64,000 bases of DNA from Lingula anatina (GCA_051362555.1 CM120649.1:1550001-1614000), one strand, 5' to 3'; shown: positions 1-13,910, numbered from the stretch's first letter. Made by a program: numbers and translations. Notes: generated by a model not told the origin, from the sequence alone.

Positions 1-53
1 ATCTTATAGATAATTACTTTATTTCCTCAAATTGATAAAACAGACTGAAATGT

Positions 54-545
54 CCAGCAGGCACACAACGTTGATTCAACGTTGAATCAATGTTGATTCT
101 CAACATTGAATTTATATTTGAAAACGGAAGTTTGTGTCAACGTTGAAAAGTCAACGTTGAATCAACGTTGAAAAGTCAACATTACATCAACCTTGAAAAG
201 TCAACGTTGAATCAACGTTGGCAATTCAACGTTGAATCATGATTGATAGTTCAACATTGTTTCAACATTAGAAATCTCAATTAATGTTGATTATATGTTG
301 ATTTAGCATTGATTATAACTTGATTTAACATTAAATAAAAGTTGAGACAAATAGCATTTTCAATGTCTTTATTTTGTCACTGCATAAAAGGAAAAATGCT
401 GCTAATTTAAGTAGTTAAAATATACATAGTTTACAACAATAAGCAATAATAAATAAAAAACTAAGAACAACACTTTTTTTTTTACAAAACAAAGCTGCAC
501 ATCGAATCTGAACTAACACAAAAATTGTTATTAATTATGCATGTA

Positions 546-578
<33 letters not shown>

Positions 579-885
579 AAAGAGATTTTTGCACACCTTA
601 ACCTAAATTATACTATACATTGTTATTTTTTAAGTAAATTATAATTCAAACATATCATTAATAATCATAATCACTATAGTTCTGTAATAAATAAATCTTG
701 AATAATGAATGAAAAAACATTGTTTTTTAGATGAAGGAGAGTTCATTATAACAAAATTATAAATAACCATGCAGTAACTGTTTCAATTAAACTTGCATGC
801 TGTCTACATACATGCAAACTCTGAAAAATGAATTATGTATACCCCATAGATATAGATGTACAATAAAAAGACAATTACATGTGCA

Positions 886-937
<52 letters not shown>

Positions 938-2625
938 AGTATATTGTTGATGCTTTTGTATAAAATTACATCATGAATAAAATCACTCAATGAGTTGAAC
1001 CAGTTTGGAACACTTGTGCCTTTTTCATATCCATATCACTAAGAAATGATACATCAGGCTCCTTGACAAGATAATAATAATTAAAAGAATTAACAATGCA
1101 ACAAGTACATCTAACAAATTAACAACAGCTCATTTAAATGTCAGGTAAAAACACAACATCCCTTCCTTTGTTAAAGAGAAACTGTCCTTTCAAATATATG
1201 CTAATTGACAGTTCAGTCTTTAAATTGTCTTTTCAAACATTTGCAGAATAACATATGAACTCCAACTATAATTATTCTAACCACATTGAAAATTTTCAAA
1301 TCTAATCAACTCATATCAAACCCCATGTCTCATATCAAACCCCATGTCCCTTTCACTACTACAAATTCCACATGGTCTCTTCCTTTGCCTCCCTTTAAGT
1401 CACATTCAAATGCTCCCTTCACTTTAAAGGTTTCTCAGACGTGTCTGAATAATACTGTTTGTTTTGTGGTCCTCCACAAGAGCCTGAGATGCATTTTTTT
1501 TCTTGGATTGCAGCATTCCACATGTATTTTCATCAATGATATTACAATATGCGCCTGAATCTGGTAATACAGCTAGTACACTGAGATTAATGCCGCCTAT
1601 CTCTATTTCCACCAAGTCTCAGTGTATATTGCATTGGTTACCCCACACCAAATGTATATGCACTCCTGGAATATCATGTTCATAACTGTCATATACATGA
1701 ATATTAGTTTCAGTTTTGCAGACTTGTTGCACGTTCCATGTTTTCTCAGTCGGGGTGGTTTCTACTTCGTTTTTTCATGTCTGAACTCGTGGTGTTTAGA
1801 CTGAGTTGGTTTGTCAAATGACTTCGGTTTTTAACATACTCACAGTTTCTGGAGTTACACTTTCATTTAAAGCGTCTATGTGTATCCATGTTTCACACTG
1901 CAGTATGTTTGGGAGAGTCGTGAAAATATCTTGTACACATGAATGCAACATCAGCGCGCGTCTCTTCTGACATGTATTTTTTAATCTTCTGTCTTTGTTC
2001 ATTATTCATTTCGTCCGTTGGTTCTGAAACGATCAAACCTTTTCCGTCAGCGGCTTCTTGTTAGTCTTAACTATAGTCTGTCTAGCCAGCGTGACCCGTA
2101 TTTCTCCGGACTTCTGTACGGTTCGAATTTCGTAATTTCACGTTTTTCCTCCATTTTCTCAAAGAAAGTTGGCTCGCAGTTTTGCACTAGAGTTAATCCT
2201 CGTCTCCAGTGTTGATGCCTTCGAATTATATCGCATCACGAATCAAATCAATCAACGAATTGTATCAGTTTGATACGCCTGTGCTTTTTCATATCCATAA
2301 CTCTAAAAAACGCTACATCCGGGTACTTGACCGGCTTATCATAAAAAGCGGAGTTTTAAAATAGCGGAACGAGTACGTAACTTTAAAAAGTTAACAGTTC
2401 ATTCAAATGTCAATTAAGTCCAATTTAACAAATAGTGCACTGATGAGGGGACTTTGAAGAAAAGAGAGAAAGAGAGATAAATCAAAATTGATCAAATGAC
2501 ATTAGTTTAATGCATTCAATAAAAAAAAAAATAGACAAAAATTAAATAATTAAAATAATAAAATAAATAAAAAATAAAATAAATGACAACACCACATATT
2601 GGCTTGATGGCAGTATATATATATA

Positions 2626-2676
<51 letters not shown>

Positions 2677-3282
2677 TTTTTCTTACAGACACAGATTTGT
2701 CTGTATAGGCTTCAAATAGCTGTCACCTGCAGTTTGTTGTCGCGGTCAGCATGCATACTGTCTCAAATTGAAATGCAAAAACTGAATCCATGTTGAATCA
2801 ACATCTTGAATTAATTTAATTTAATTTAATTAAATTGAAATGCCAAGGTTGAATCAATGTTAAAAGCTGACCAGAAAATCAACTCAATCTTACTTCAAAC
2901 TTGAATCAATGTTGAAATGTCAACGTTGAATTTATTGTCGTTGAATCAAAGTTGAATCAATGTTGAAATGTCAACGTTGAATTTGTTGTTGTTGAATCAA
3001 AGTTGAATCAATGTTGATATGCCAACGTTGAATTTGTTGTCGTTGAATCAACGTTGAATCAAAGTTGAAATGTCAACGTTGAATTTGTTGTCATTAAATC
3101 AATGTTGAGTCAACGTTGAAATGCCAACGTTGAATTTGTTGTCATTGAATCAATGTTGAATCAACGTTGAAATGCCAACATTGAATTATGGTCGTTGAAT
3201 CAACGTTGATTCAACGTTTATCAACGTCTCAACATAAATTCAACGTTGATTCAACGTTGAATCAACGTTGTGTGCCTGCTGG
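54..3282. mobile_element. Non-autonomous TIR DNA transposon (CMC/EnSpm-like) with subterminal TCAACGTTGA arrays
   Basis: Terminal inverted repeat ccagcaggcacacaacgttgattcaacgttgaatcaa (54-) and ttgattcaacgttgaatcaacgttgtgtgcctgctgg (-3282). Many tcaacgttga palindromic subrepeats at ~60-330 and ~2780-3280. No transposase ORF and no clean TSD, so the superfamily is inferred from the terminal style only. Confidence 0.75.
1330..2215 (-). mobile_element. Degenerate Gypsy LTR-retrotransposon fragment (LTR end, PBS, gag, aspartyl protease)
   Basis: Minus strand reads ...tcaaca-c-tggagacgagga (LTR end plus PBS-like TGGxGACGAGG, 2197-2215), then gag-like QKRRALMLHSCVQDIFTTLP (ORF 1814-2002) and retropepsin-like IEIGGINLSVLAVLPDSGAYCNII (ORF 1424-1615). 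Frames are broken. Confidence 0.65.
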
Positions 3283-3870
3283 CGCGTCATTAGAGACGAT
3301 TGGCGATGCGCTGAAATTGCGCAAATCGGCAAATAAGGTAACAACCGATCTACCTTAAGTAGCCTATGTACGGTACCAAGAGCTACGTTAGGCACACCAG
3401 TGACATAGGCCTACTACCCCACACTGGTCATTTTAAACTATTTTTAAATTAATTGGCAATTTATTATTAATGGTAACTTGTGGCTTCAGATCCACGTGTA
3501 GGCCTATTAATTTTCGGTTTGGAGTCACACATATGTAATTGCAATATCAGATTAGGGAATCAGAAAGGCAATAGTGCAGTGACATGCACTGCACTGACAT
3601 TCACAAACGCAGTTTGAAGCAATTTATATGTCTTTAAAAAGTTTGCAAATTTCTCGTTTATGAATGAGGATCGAAAATGGTAGAGGTACACATGAACTCT
3701 CTGGCCACAAGGTGCCCTAGTAGTTAGTGGTCTGTTATAAAATAATTGTAGGCCTATCCCTCATAACTAAATGCCCCACATTATTTAAGAAGCCCCTGAT
3801 ATTAAAGTGCATGGTAAAAGTGTTACAGAATTTGTGTTAAAATTAACACAAAACACAACAATGTGTAGAT

Positions 3871-4960
3871 CAATCTTAGGCTAGTCAAAAAGGATTCATT
3901 TATGCTAGATCCTGGAATTTAATTTACCTGTTGACTGTTTCGTCTGTTCACTCTGACAGACTTGGTCACACCTGTTCAGGTGAATGTGAACAGGTAATTA
4001 TCTCAGTCTTGATGATGACTTGTTAGTCCCTCTCGCCCCCTCCCCCCAGGGTGGGTTTGAGAATTTCTTCATACACATGGGACAGCTTGTGTGCTCCTTC
4101 ATCTCTGTTCATGGTGCCATAAAAAAAAAAGCATTGAAACAATGTAATTACCCAAAATGGACAATAAGGAAGGTGAAACATCAAATGAAAGGGAAAAGAT
4201 CAGGAAGTAAGATATCAAAAAATAAGAAAGACCAGAAAGTGGAAAGACCCAAAGGACAAGTTACAATCATCAAACTGAAGCTCATTGTTTCAAGATTTAC
4301 AGAGATGTATCATCGTTGCTCATTATAGCACCATAAATGACTGCCATCCTTTCAAATAAAAGATGTGCACACGAGGCTAGTGGGCCCCCTTCACTTGGGG
4401 CTTTTAAAACGAAAATTTATTAAACTCAGAAACTTTCTTGTACATCCAAAAACTAGAGTAGACGACAGGAAGAAGTGTGCAGTATAATGTCAAGTCGGGT
4501 GTGGGAGCTGTGACAGAGTTTATGTGGGAAAGACGGGAAGAAAATTAGAAACAAGACTAGCGGAACACAAGAAAGATGTAAAGGAATATGTAAGTGAGGG
4601 AGTTAACACTAAATCCAAACACTCTATGTCGACAGGAGTTCTACACAAATCTGCCATCACAGATCATATGTCAGATAACAACTACAGCAAACGCAAAGTT
4701 TTGGAATCAATCTAGATAAGAAGGAAGAAACACACCATGAACAGAGATGAAGGAGCACACAAGCTGTACCATGTGTATGACGACATTCTAAAACCCACCC
4801 TGGGGGGAGGGGGCGAGAGGAACTAACACGTTATTATCAAGACTGAGATAATTACCTGTTCACCTTCTGTCAGAGTGAACAGACGAAACAGTCAACAGGT
4901 AAATCAAATGTCAGGATCTAGCTTAAATTAAACTTTTCTGACTATCAAAACTAAGATCCA
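3871..4960 (+). mobile_element. Penelope-like retroelement 3' relic (GIY-YIG endonuclease) flanked by inverted pseudo-LTR copies
   Basis: SCDRVYVGKTGRKLETRLAEHK...SAITDH (GIY-YIG, ~4505-4680) and ALKQCNYPKW upstream. 3871-4017 is an inverted copy of 4830-4960, the typical Penelope arrangement. Confidence 0.8.
3926..3995 (-). ncRNA. Degenerate minimal type I hammerhead ribozyme in the Penelope pLTR (second copy 4854-4900, + strand)
   Basis: Minus strand: acctgtt (stem I)...tgaccaa (decayed CUGANGA) gtctgt-cagagtga-acagac (stem II) gaaa cag tc aacaggt (stem I'). The core is mutated here and deleted in the right copy. Confidence 0.5.
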
Positions 4961-5026
4961 ATGAAATTATTTTCACAAATCTTAGGCTACATGGACAACA
5001 TGTTAACTTTTTTGCACCAAAAAAAA

Positions 5027-5103
<77 letters not shown>

Positions 5104-5762
5104 ATTCTGATTAGATAGCAATAGCCTCATGCATAAACTTTTCTTAGACTGACCACTGAATGGATGGATTGTATAATAAGAAGATATAGACACACAATTT
5201 GATGACAGACAACCATGACTTAGTCAAGGTGTTGCCTAACCGCCGTCAAGGTGGATTGACATTAAAAACCCAAAGTTTGTACATATATTTTAACTTCATG
5301 GACCTCACAAATAATAAAAAATTAAAGTAAGCTGCCTTTCCAGGACCGCGTCATTCAGTATATGCTTTGTAAACAGTAACAATGGAAAAACCCACATGAG
5401 GAGAATAATTTATATTTGGCAAATGACTTAATGGAAATTTTTACTTCCTCTCTAAGGTCATATTTTATAAAGTTAACATGAGGTAAAAAGTGGATGTATG
5501 TCCAGATAAAAGAAAAGATATGTATTTTGATATCTGGATACATGGAAGATTTCAAAGCGTAAAAACCTATAATTACAGGTAACTCATGATTTTCAGTATT
5601 CAGGATTTTTTTTTCACATCAAAAAAAGTGTGTTTTACCTGGACAGGTGCCAAACTTGTGCTCGAGGCAGACAACAAAAAACATATTCCTTGACATTTTT
5701 GGAATTCCAATAAGATACGTTTAGTCAGTGGCGAGAAACGGAGACATCAACTATAGAAAAAC

Positions 5763-5824
<62 letters not shown>

Positions 5825-5974
5825 CATAGGACCCTGCGAATGTTTTTACGTATGCTCCAAGGCCATTTTTTTACAAACTCTAGCTAACGTGAAGTAAGAA
5901 GTGGATGCATGTTCAGGTAAAAGAAAAAAAATTATATATACTTTGTATAAAAGTTTTTGATGATCGGACAGTCC

Positions 5975-6460
5975 TCCTTTTGGCATAGTGTACATATAAA
6001 ACCGGCGCAAAGTATAGGAACTTTCATTTGTCTTCATCTGTCATAACAAATGATGGATTTTGTGTCCTTAAAAGTACATGTTATGCAATAATGTTTTAAA
6101 TAGTTCATCTCTTCTACAAGCAAGAGTGATAAGTTCACACGTTTCTAGTGCCTCATCATATGACAGATCTGGGAATATAATCTTACATGCTCTCATCTAT
6201 ATCACATATGTGACTTTCCAAGCTCATATCACTATTAATCCTACCCCTTAGAAGGCAGCGGACCCCACTCTCTCAATCCTTTGATTATCTACTAATAAGG
6301 TTTTAGTTTTATGTTTTGTTTTTTTTTTTTTTTTTTGGAAAGATCAAATATGATCTCTTTGGTCTTGGTAGTATTTATTGTTAGTTCATTAGCATGGGAC
6401 CAGAGAGTGAGTTCTGTTGTTGCTTCAGGGAGATTGTCCTGAAGTTCGGTATCCCCGTAG
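5975..6460 (-). mobile_element. Decayed CR1/L2-group LINE ORF2 3' fragment
   Basis: Minus-strand LTLWSHANELTINTTKTKEIIFD (RT thumb NxxKTKE motif) and FPDLSYDEALETCELITLACRRDEL. Confidence 0.6.
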
Positions 6461-7298
6461 CTATTTAATTTAAACCTTATAAACCTCAAAAGTAACAAAT
6501 AAAAGCAAACTGCCTTTTCAGGGTCGCTCTATTAAGTGTTTGCTATGTAAACAGTCACAATGGAAAAACCTACATGAGGAGAATGATTTATATTTGGCAC
6601 ATGACTTAATGGAAATTGTTACTTCCTCTCTAAGGTCATATTTTATAAAGTTAATATGAGGGTATGTTGATAACTGGATACATGGAAGATTTCAAAGCGT
6701 AAAAAACCTATAATTAGGTAACTCATGATTTTCAGTATTCAGGTTTTTTTCATATCAAAAAAGTGTGTTTTACCCGGACAGGTGCCAAACCTATGCCCAT
6801 GCAGACAGACAACAAAAGACCAAATCCATGACATTTTTGGAGATACAACAAGACACCTTTTGTCAATGCCGAGAAACAGAAACATCAACAATAGAAAACC
6901 CCACACAAAAAGAAAAATCTATATTTGTCACAGGACTCAGTTAATTTTACAAACTCTAGTTATGTTGAAGTAAGAAGTGGATGCATATACAAGTAAATGA
7001 AAAAATAGATATACATTGTTGATTACTGGATATATGGAACATTTTGTAAATTTTACTTAACTCAAGGGTTTCACTATTAAGGTGATTTTTGCACATCAGA
7101 AGTGTCTTTTACCTGGACAGATGCCAAACCTACACTGTAGTACAGTGGACCTATGTTTTTCATAGTACTTAAGGTGGTATTTCTTTAACAACTGATCAGT
7201 GTTTAAATGCAGGTAAAGTTTTCCTGTTCCACAGATATGCATCTGAAGCAGTCTATAAAAATAAGTGGTAATTACTAACATATACATGTATAATACTA

Positions 7299-7391
<93 letters not shown>

Positions 7392-8615
7392 GATGATGGA
7401 TGTTCTCCATTCCACTCCATTAGAACATATCAAAACTCAGAACTAAGCAAAAAATGGAAGTGGGGTGCAGATTTAACAGCTATAAACGGGGTGGATGACA
7501 AACGTCCAAACAAATACAAGTTCATATTTTAAATCAAGTCAATATTATCAACCAATGTTAAGCCTATATTTTAAATAAATATTTGTGCAATATATTTTAA
7601 AATGACATTTAATTTTCAGATCTAAGAACTTGAAGCCAACAAGCTGGGGTCAACTGAAAAGCAACACCTACATCGTAAAGGAAATGTGAATTTGCTTCTT
7701 GGTGAGTAAAATAAAATAATGCCTAACGCTTGTCATTTTAATTGCATCACATACATGTTGCTTACTGCATGGATGGATGGAGGCCGTCCTGGGTATTTTA
7801 CATTGGCGTGCCTCCATTTTTCTGTCAGAAGTCAAAATTTAGAGACTGGATCAACAGTGATAATATGAAAGGCTGTCAGAAAATATCTCTGGATCCACCC
7901 TTGCTATATTATATATTTATATGAGTATTCTCCGCGCTAAACAGCTACTTTCTTCAAACAATGCAATGCTGCAATAATAATGACTGCAGGGGAGGCGCTG
8001 CCTAAGTATGTACCAAACCCAGGTTAGGCAAACTAGTGTCATACTACCCCACACTGGTCATATTAGACCAGTGTGGCAAATTTAACTGGTAATTTGTTAT
8101 TAATGATCACTTGTAGATAGAAAGCCACGTCTATGAATTGACTGTCATGGAGCAACAGTTATGTAATTCCAATTGCAGTTTTAATGAGAGAACCAAAGTG
8201 GCGATACTGCTGCCAGGCATTTAGAAACACATTGTCAGACATGTACAAAGCACACGTACTGACATGCACTGACAAACACACTTTGAACCAAAATAGGGAA
8301 TGATGTCTTCAAGGAGTTTGCAATTCTTTCGTTCATGAATGAGGATCGAGGTATGGTAGAAGTACGCATGTACTCTCTGACCACAAGGTAATCTAGTAGT
8401 TACAATTTAGTCTGTTACAAAATAATTGTATTCCCCGTAATTAAATTTTCCATACTATTTAAGAAGCATCTGATATCATAATGAGTGGTAAAAGTGTTGC
8501 AGCAGTTTAAAATTAAAACAAAACAGCAATTTGAAAATACATCCTAGGCCCCTAGGATATTACATTAAAGATTTAACTTCTAAGATATTACATTAAAGAT
8601 TTAACTTCTTTAACC

Positions 8616-8682
<67 letters not shown>

Positions 8683-9586
8683 TAACAATAGCGTCATGCA
8701 TAAGCTATTCTTAAATTAAGAATTGCAGGTGTATTCTTTAATAATAAGATTTTGATTACTGACAGTCATGACTGGATGACATGACAGTAACTCCCCAGAG
8801 TTTGCACACGTATTTACACTTTTAATCCTCAAAGATAACAACAAAAGCAGTTTGCCTTTCCACTTAGCATTCAATAATATGTAAACAACAATAATGGAAA
8901 ACCCACACAAAACGAAACATCTGTAATTGGCACAGGACTCGGGGATGTTTTTTACGTCCACTCCAAGGTCATATCTTAACGTGAAGTAAGAACTGGATGT
9001 TTGTACAGGTGAAAGAAAAACACTGTATACATTGTTGATTGCTGGATATATGGAATATTATTGGAGTATTAAAACGTAATCTTACTCAAGTAAGAGTTTC
9101 ACTATGAAGCTTTTTTTTACGTCAAAAAAGTGTCTTTAACCTAAACAGGTGCCAATTCTACAATGTAGTACAGTGTACCTGCATTTCTCACTGTACATAC
9201 GGAATTATACTTACATAACTGGTCACTGTCTAGATGTAGGTAAATTCTTCCTTACCAAAAGATAAACATATTTAGTAGTCTGTAGTATTTAGTGATAATT
9301 ACTATGTGTACCTTATATAGTATACAGTTGAAACCATCTTGTAAATCGAGGTCACCCATTCCATACAATAAAAACATTCCCGAAATAAGGAAACAAACCA
9401 ATTTCCGGCGCAGCGTTTTATAGAAATAAAATGGGTGGATGATTCTGAAAAATACAGACACATATTTCATCGCTACTTAAACATGAATATTTTAATATTC
9501 ATGCTTGAATCAATAAAAATCAATACCATGCTTTTATTCTAAAAGAATACTTGAGCATTCCATCTGAATTCACATTTCCTTTTCAG

Positions 9587-9724
9587 ATCAAAGCCCTGTC
9601 ATTAAGAAGGTCATCAGTGAAACCTCAGCGGAGGTCAGTTGGGACATCTCAGAGGCAGCAAACTTGGGTCTCCTGAAAAACTGCCTTATAAAAAATCTGA
9701 ATTTCAAGCAGAGAGGAATTTCTG
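9587..9724 (+). other. Putative non-coding 5'-UTR exon of HEPN-STAND copy 1
   Basis: tttcag| acceptor and ctg|gtgaga donor; homologous to 39348-39494. Splicing to 17746 gives an in-frame TGA before the ATG, so it is non-coding. Confidence 0.45.
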
Positions 9725-10452
9725 GTGAGAAGAGAAAAAATATGCCAATCCTACACTTGGACTTTATCTTGGTCTGCTTTACTAAATTCACTAGTATTTT
9801 CATGCTTGACAGTCATTTTCTTCAAGCAGTGCAATACTGTATTGTGACTACAGGGTCAGAGAGGTGCAGCCTCTTCCTAAGTATGTACCAACAGCTAAAG
9901 TAAAGTCACCACTCCCATTGGCCCAAAAGACAAACCTTGCAATATTCTTTGGTGTAAACTTTTATTGCTTAAATGCATTACTTAGGCCGTGAGAAGCAGT
10001 ATTAGTATGGTTGCTACTTCACAGGAATTTAACATTTTTCAATATGGCCGTCAATTTATGAGGAAAATCAGAAAAACGACCAGAAGTCACCGGGTATTCT
10101 TTATTAAAAGCTTTTATCCTTTCAGAATAGCACAGCAGGACTAGTGAACACACTTAAGTGAGAAAAAATTAGAAAAAATGTCCTTCAAAACATTTGACAG
10201 AAAGTGATAAAAGCTGCAAAATTATTTCTTTTTTTTTTTTTTTTTGCATTTTTATCATATCTGCTTTTTATTATTTTATATATTTATGTTCATTATGATT
10301 ATTGTCAGTCATTACCTTAGACTCATAATAAGCGTTCTGACAGTTCATTAACTGGCGGAGAGTTGCAGAGTCTATTTGCCCCTTCCAATAAGTTGAATAC
10401 TTTTTATATATGATTCACTAAGGTTTGTTTCAGTTAAAAGACTTGAAGTCTT

Positions 10453-10665
10453 AGACTGCATTCCCACAGATTAAGATTGATCCATCTTTAATCGACCTAA
10501 CTCCCTGGGGGTTCACGCTAAATTGCTGTCAGCCGAGCGCGCACGGAAGTTAATTACCCCCTCACAGCTTTAAGTAATCAGACATTTAAGCGGGCTAAGC
10601 TGACAATAATCTAGTGAGACTGTCCACGGGGACAGATCAATCTAAAATTTATGGGAATGCAGTCT
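10453..10665. mobile_element. MITE (agactgcattccca...tgggaatgcagtct)
   Basis: Terminal inverted repeats. A related partial copy lies in reverse orientation at ~52715-52868. Confidence 0.6.
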
Positions 10666-11202
10666 TATAGCTGTTTCAATGCCTTTTCCATTAAGTTTTG
10701 TTTTTTTATAAAAATGTCTTACTGAAATGTAATATATGATCGCAATTTCCATTAGTCAAGATGATTGGTGCAAAAATTGCTCAGAAGGTGGAAAAAGCAT
10801 GAATTTTGCACAAATGTTCTTTGGACTATGCTGATTATTTTCAAGGGCAGTGCCAAAAATTTCAAACCATTGCTTAGCAACCGTTGCTAAGGAAGTGAAT
10901 TACCTCAGTAACAAGCTAATTTGACTTTAGATGTGTTTCAGTTTCAATGTTTCAGGACATCAGAACTATCACATTGCCAACATGAGAAAGAAAGATAAAA
11001 ATTCACAAAAATGTACAAAAGAAAAAGGATTCAGACTACCTTTCTAGCTCAGGCTGCATCTTAGTCCTATATTTCTTTTTTGTAAGTTTAAGAAGAGTGA
11101 AGGCTGCTTTACACTGGACGGCGTCCTTCCTGCGTCCTTTCTGCCATCAAAAATGTGGCCAGGACGCTCAACGGTTGCCAAAGCAATTAAATCGTTTCTA
11201 AG

Positions 11203-11416
11203 ACCCCCTTTACACTGGACGGCGTCCTTTCTGCAGTACGGTCCCATTTGAGAGTTAAAAAATTATAATACTTTACGTGCCGACAACTGGCCGATCATTG
11301 AACATTCATTCTGTTACAAAATCAATGCTCGTGTCTCCTTATTAAGACCACAGCGATGCCAAATTTCATGGTCGCAGAAAGGACGCAGAAAGGACGCCGT
11401 CTAGTGTAAAGGGGGT
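11203..11416. mobile_element. PIF/Harbinger-like MITE
   Basis: accccctttacactggacggcgtcctttctgc ... gcagaaaggacgccgtctagtgtaaagggggt. A further half copy is at ~11101 and an inverted gagcatgttcaaaaca pair at 11499-11662. Confidence 0.6.
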
Positions 11417-12172
11417 ATCAAGAACGCACAGTGATCGCTAAGATCGCACAAAGAACGTTCAGGCATCGCCAATGACACCATGGACGCCGTGAAGTTTTGA
11501 GCATGTTCAAAACAAGCGCAGAGAGAACGAAGAAGAAGGATGTCCAGGCACCGAAAACGATAAAGTATGACTGACACAACATAGAATCTTTGAATCCGTT
11601 TTCAGTTAACGCATTCAGGTAACGCATCCTCCATCGCGTTCTCTCTTGTTTTGAACATGCTCAACATGGCCGTTTAAACCAATAAAAATTGTTTTCTTAA
11701 ATAACCCACACCCCACCCCACCGAACGTCATATTAGCATGTTTCCGAATAAAAACAATATACCATAGAAAGTAATTTAGAGGCCAAAAGAGAGACAGCCA
11801 AGGGTATGTTTCGGTACAGTATGACTATTAAAAATTGTAGGTTAAATATAAAGAGAGGCCATCAATAAACACACAAATTCCTACAGCATGACACAGTTGA
11901 CCATGTGCGGATTCGATTGACAGCGCAGGTTTACATATATGGCAAATACCCTTAGATAAGGAGTTTTTCCTGTTGCTTTTGGTTCAACCCATATATTTTA
12001 TTTTGCGCCTTTTATCTCTTATGCAACTATTATGTTATGAAATAACGATCTGAAATAAAAAAAAAAAGATTTCAAGATGAGTCTTTCTTTTGATATACTT
12101 TATCATGTTTTGTGATTATCTAGCTTGGTCGGTTAAGAAGATATATAACTCTCATAATGACGTAATGACATA

Positions 12173-12447
12173 TGTTAAGCCTCTCTTTAGGTCCTCAAAT
12201 CAAATTCGGTACCTTGGTTCTTAACTGTTTACAAGAAGCTCTGTTCTGGCCCTACACCTGTAAATGTCTATCATGACGTGTTTAAACGTGTTCCCCAAAC
12301 GTGTCCTTGGCTGACTCTGTTATGTTCTCCAATTTTTCAGGTTTAAAACTTTTAGAGGCTACCAAAAAACATATGTAATTGAATGTTAGAAAGAAATGCA
12401 AAACAATTATTAGGATTCCCCTTAGGGGAATACTATTGTTTTTGGTC

Positions 12448-12479
<32 letters not shown>

Positions 12480-13604
12480 ATTATTATTATTATTATTATT
12501 ATTATAGCCATTTGGCCTAAAGTATAAACCATATGGCTAAGGGCCTTGTGGCTAATGATACTGAGCTAAATCCCCAGATATTGACCTACTTTTATGAAAG
12601 TAGGTTAAGGTCGCCAATGGCCAAACCGGCTCAAAACAGGTTTGTTTCCGAGATCTCAAAAACCGGAAGGCCCAGAGCCCTGATGTTAGTGGCAAATGAT
12701 GCCCTATATATTTATCTAATGTAAGCCATTTCAGAGTATCAGTTAGAACAACGACAGGATTTGTTCTAGGGTATGATACTCCGAAATGCGATCTGACACA
12801 CACCTTGAAAACGGGTAGTGTGGTCCAATATACCGGTTAATTCAGGATAATTATGTACCTATAATTATAATTATGAGTCTGGTAGTTGAGTAGGCCTGAA
12901 AGTAGTGATACTAGTAAAATCCTGCAATAATTTTTTAAAGTATCAAATTTTATTAGATGTTTGAATATAAAAAATGTTATAAAGACATGAAAGAAGCAGA
13001 GTGAGCATATATGGTCGGAGTTTTGTCGGAGAGGGATATTTCTCGAGTTCAACTCACTGCCCTGTGAAGCCATATTTTTGTGGCCTGAGATATTGTATCC
13101 ATTACTTTGTGACCTGACCTGCCAAAAGCAAGTCTGCGCGCTCTTTTCATCTTTCGGATCTCTCACATTAATCAAGAATCAGAGTATCAATTACAAGTGC
13201 TCGGGTGGGGTGGAGCATGAAGGGAATGAATAATTATGAGCAGTATCCTTGGGACACAATGTTACTCTGCAATTAATCTCTTTCAATTTATACTGTGAAA
13301 TATCATCCAACTATAGCCCGTTGATCTCGCAAATCAACAAAATGGACGTTAATTGGGTTGCTAAACTGCAAATAATTAACCCCCTCCCCTCCTCCGAACT
13401 TCATACTGGCAGGATGCAAATGAAGACTATACCGCAGAAAAAGTTTCGGGCCTAAAAGAGAGCCAGCTAAGGACACGTTTTGGGAACACGTTTGTATACG
13501 TCATGATGGACATTTATAGGTGTAGGACCAGAGCAGAGTCTCTTGTAAACAGTTTAGAACCAAGGGACCGAATTTGATTTGAGGACCAGAAGAGAGGCGT
13601 AACA
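12173..13604. mobile_element. TGT..ACA element with ~145-bp TIRs and a probable 6-bp TSD
   Basis: tgttaagcctctctttaggtcctcaaatcaaattcgg.. pairs with ..ccgaatttgatttgaggaccagaagagaggcgtaaca. Flanks are gacata / gacgta (one mismatch). No ORF. Confidence 0.7.
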
Positions 13605-13855
13605 GACGTATAGCATGCTTCAACTATGGGGCTCATGGGAGTGGCAATTGATCTCCCGGGAGATGATACCGTCTGTCACCATCTGTTGGATGTCAAATAA
13701 GCAGTTATTTACAGTTTAGGATGATAGCTAAAAAATCTCAATGAACATAAATAGGAAAGGCAGATATGCTTTCAATTAGACTAAACATGAAAAAAAAACG
13801 AGCTAGTTTAACAGCCTTTTTAAATTTCTCCTATATGTTTTGATGGCTATTTTGG

Positions 13856-13910
<55 letters not shown>

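Larger units (their letters stand above)
5310..9900 (+). repeat. Tandemly multiplied upstream/5'-UTR module of the HEPN-STAND gene
   Basis: The block aagcag(t)..gcctttcc..tgtaaaca..atggaaaa..ttacctggacaggt recurs at ~5310, ~6490, ~8840 and ~38860. Homologous AG/GT-bounded exon-like segments lie at 7620-7701, 9587-9724 and 39348-39494. The block actaccccacactggtcat..gaatgaggatcg recurs at ~3410 and ~8040. Confidence 0.65.

Noticed and set aside
60-330. Short palindromic tcaacgttga repeats as CRISPR or regulatory array
   Set aside because: They are subterminal repeats mirrored at 2780-3282 of one transposon.
549-578. Long G run (also ~42107 and ~55750), poly-A/T, (TA)n and (GA)n tracts
   Set aside because: Ordinary simple repeats; lengths are unreliable and there is no evidence of function.
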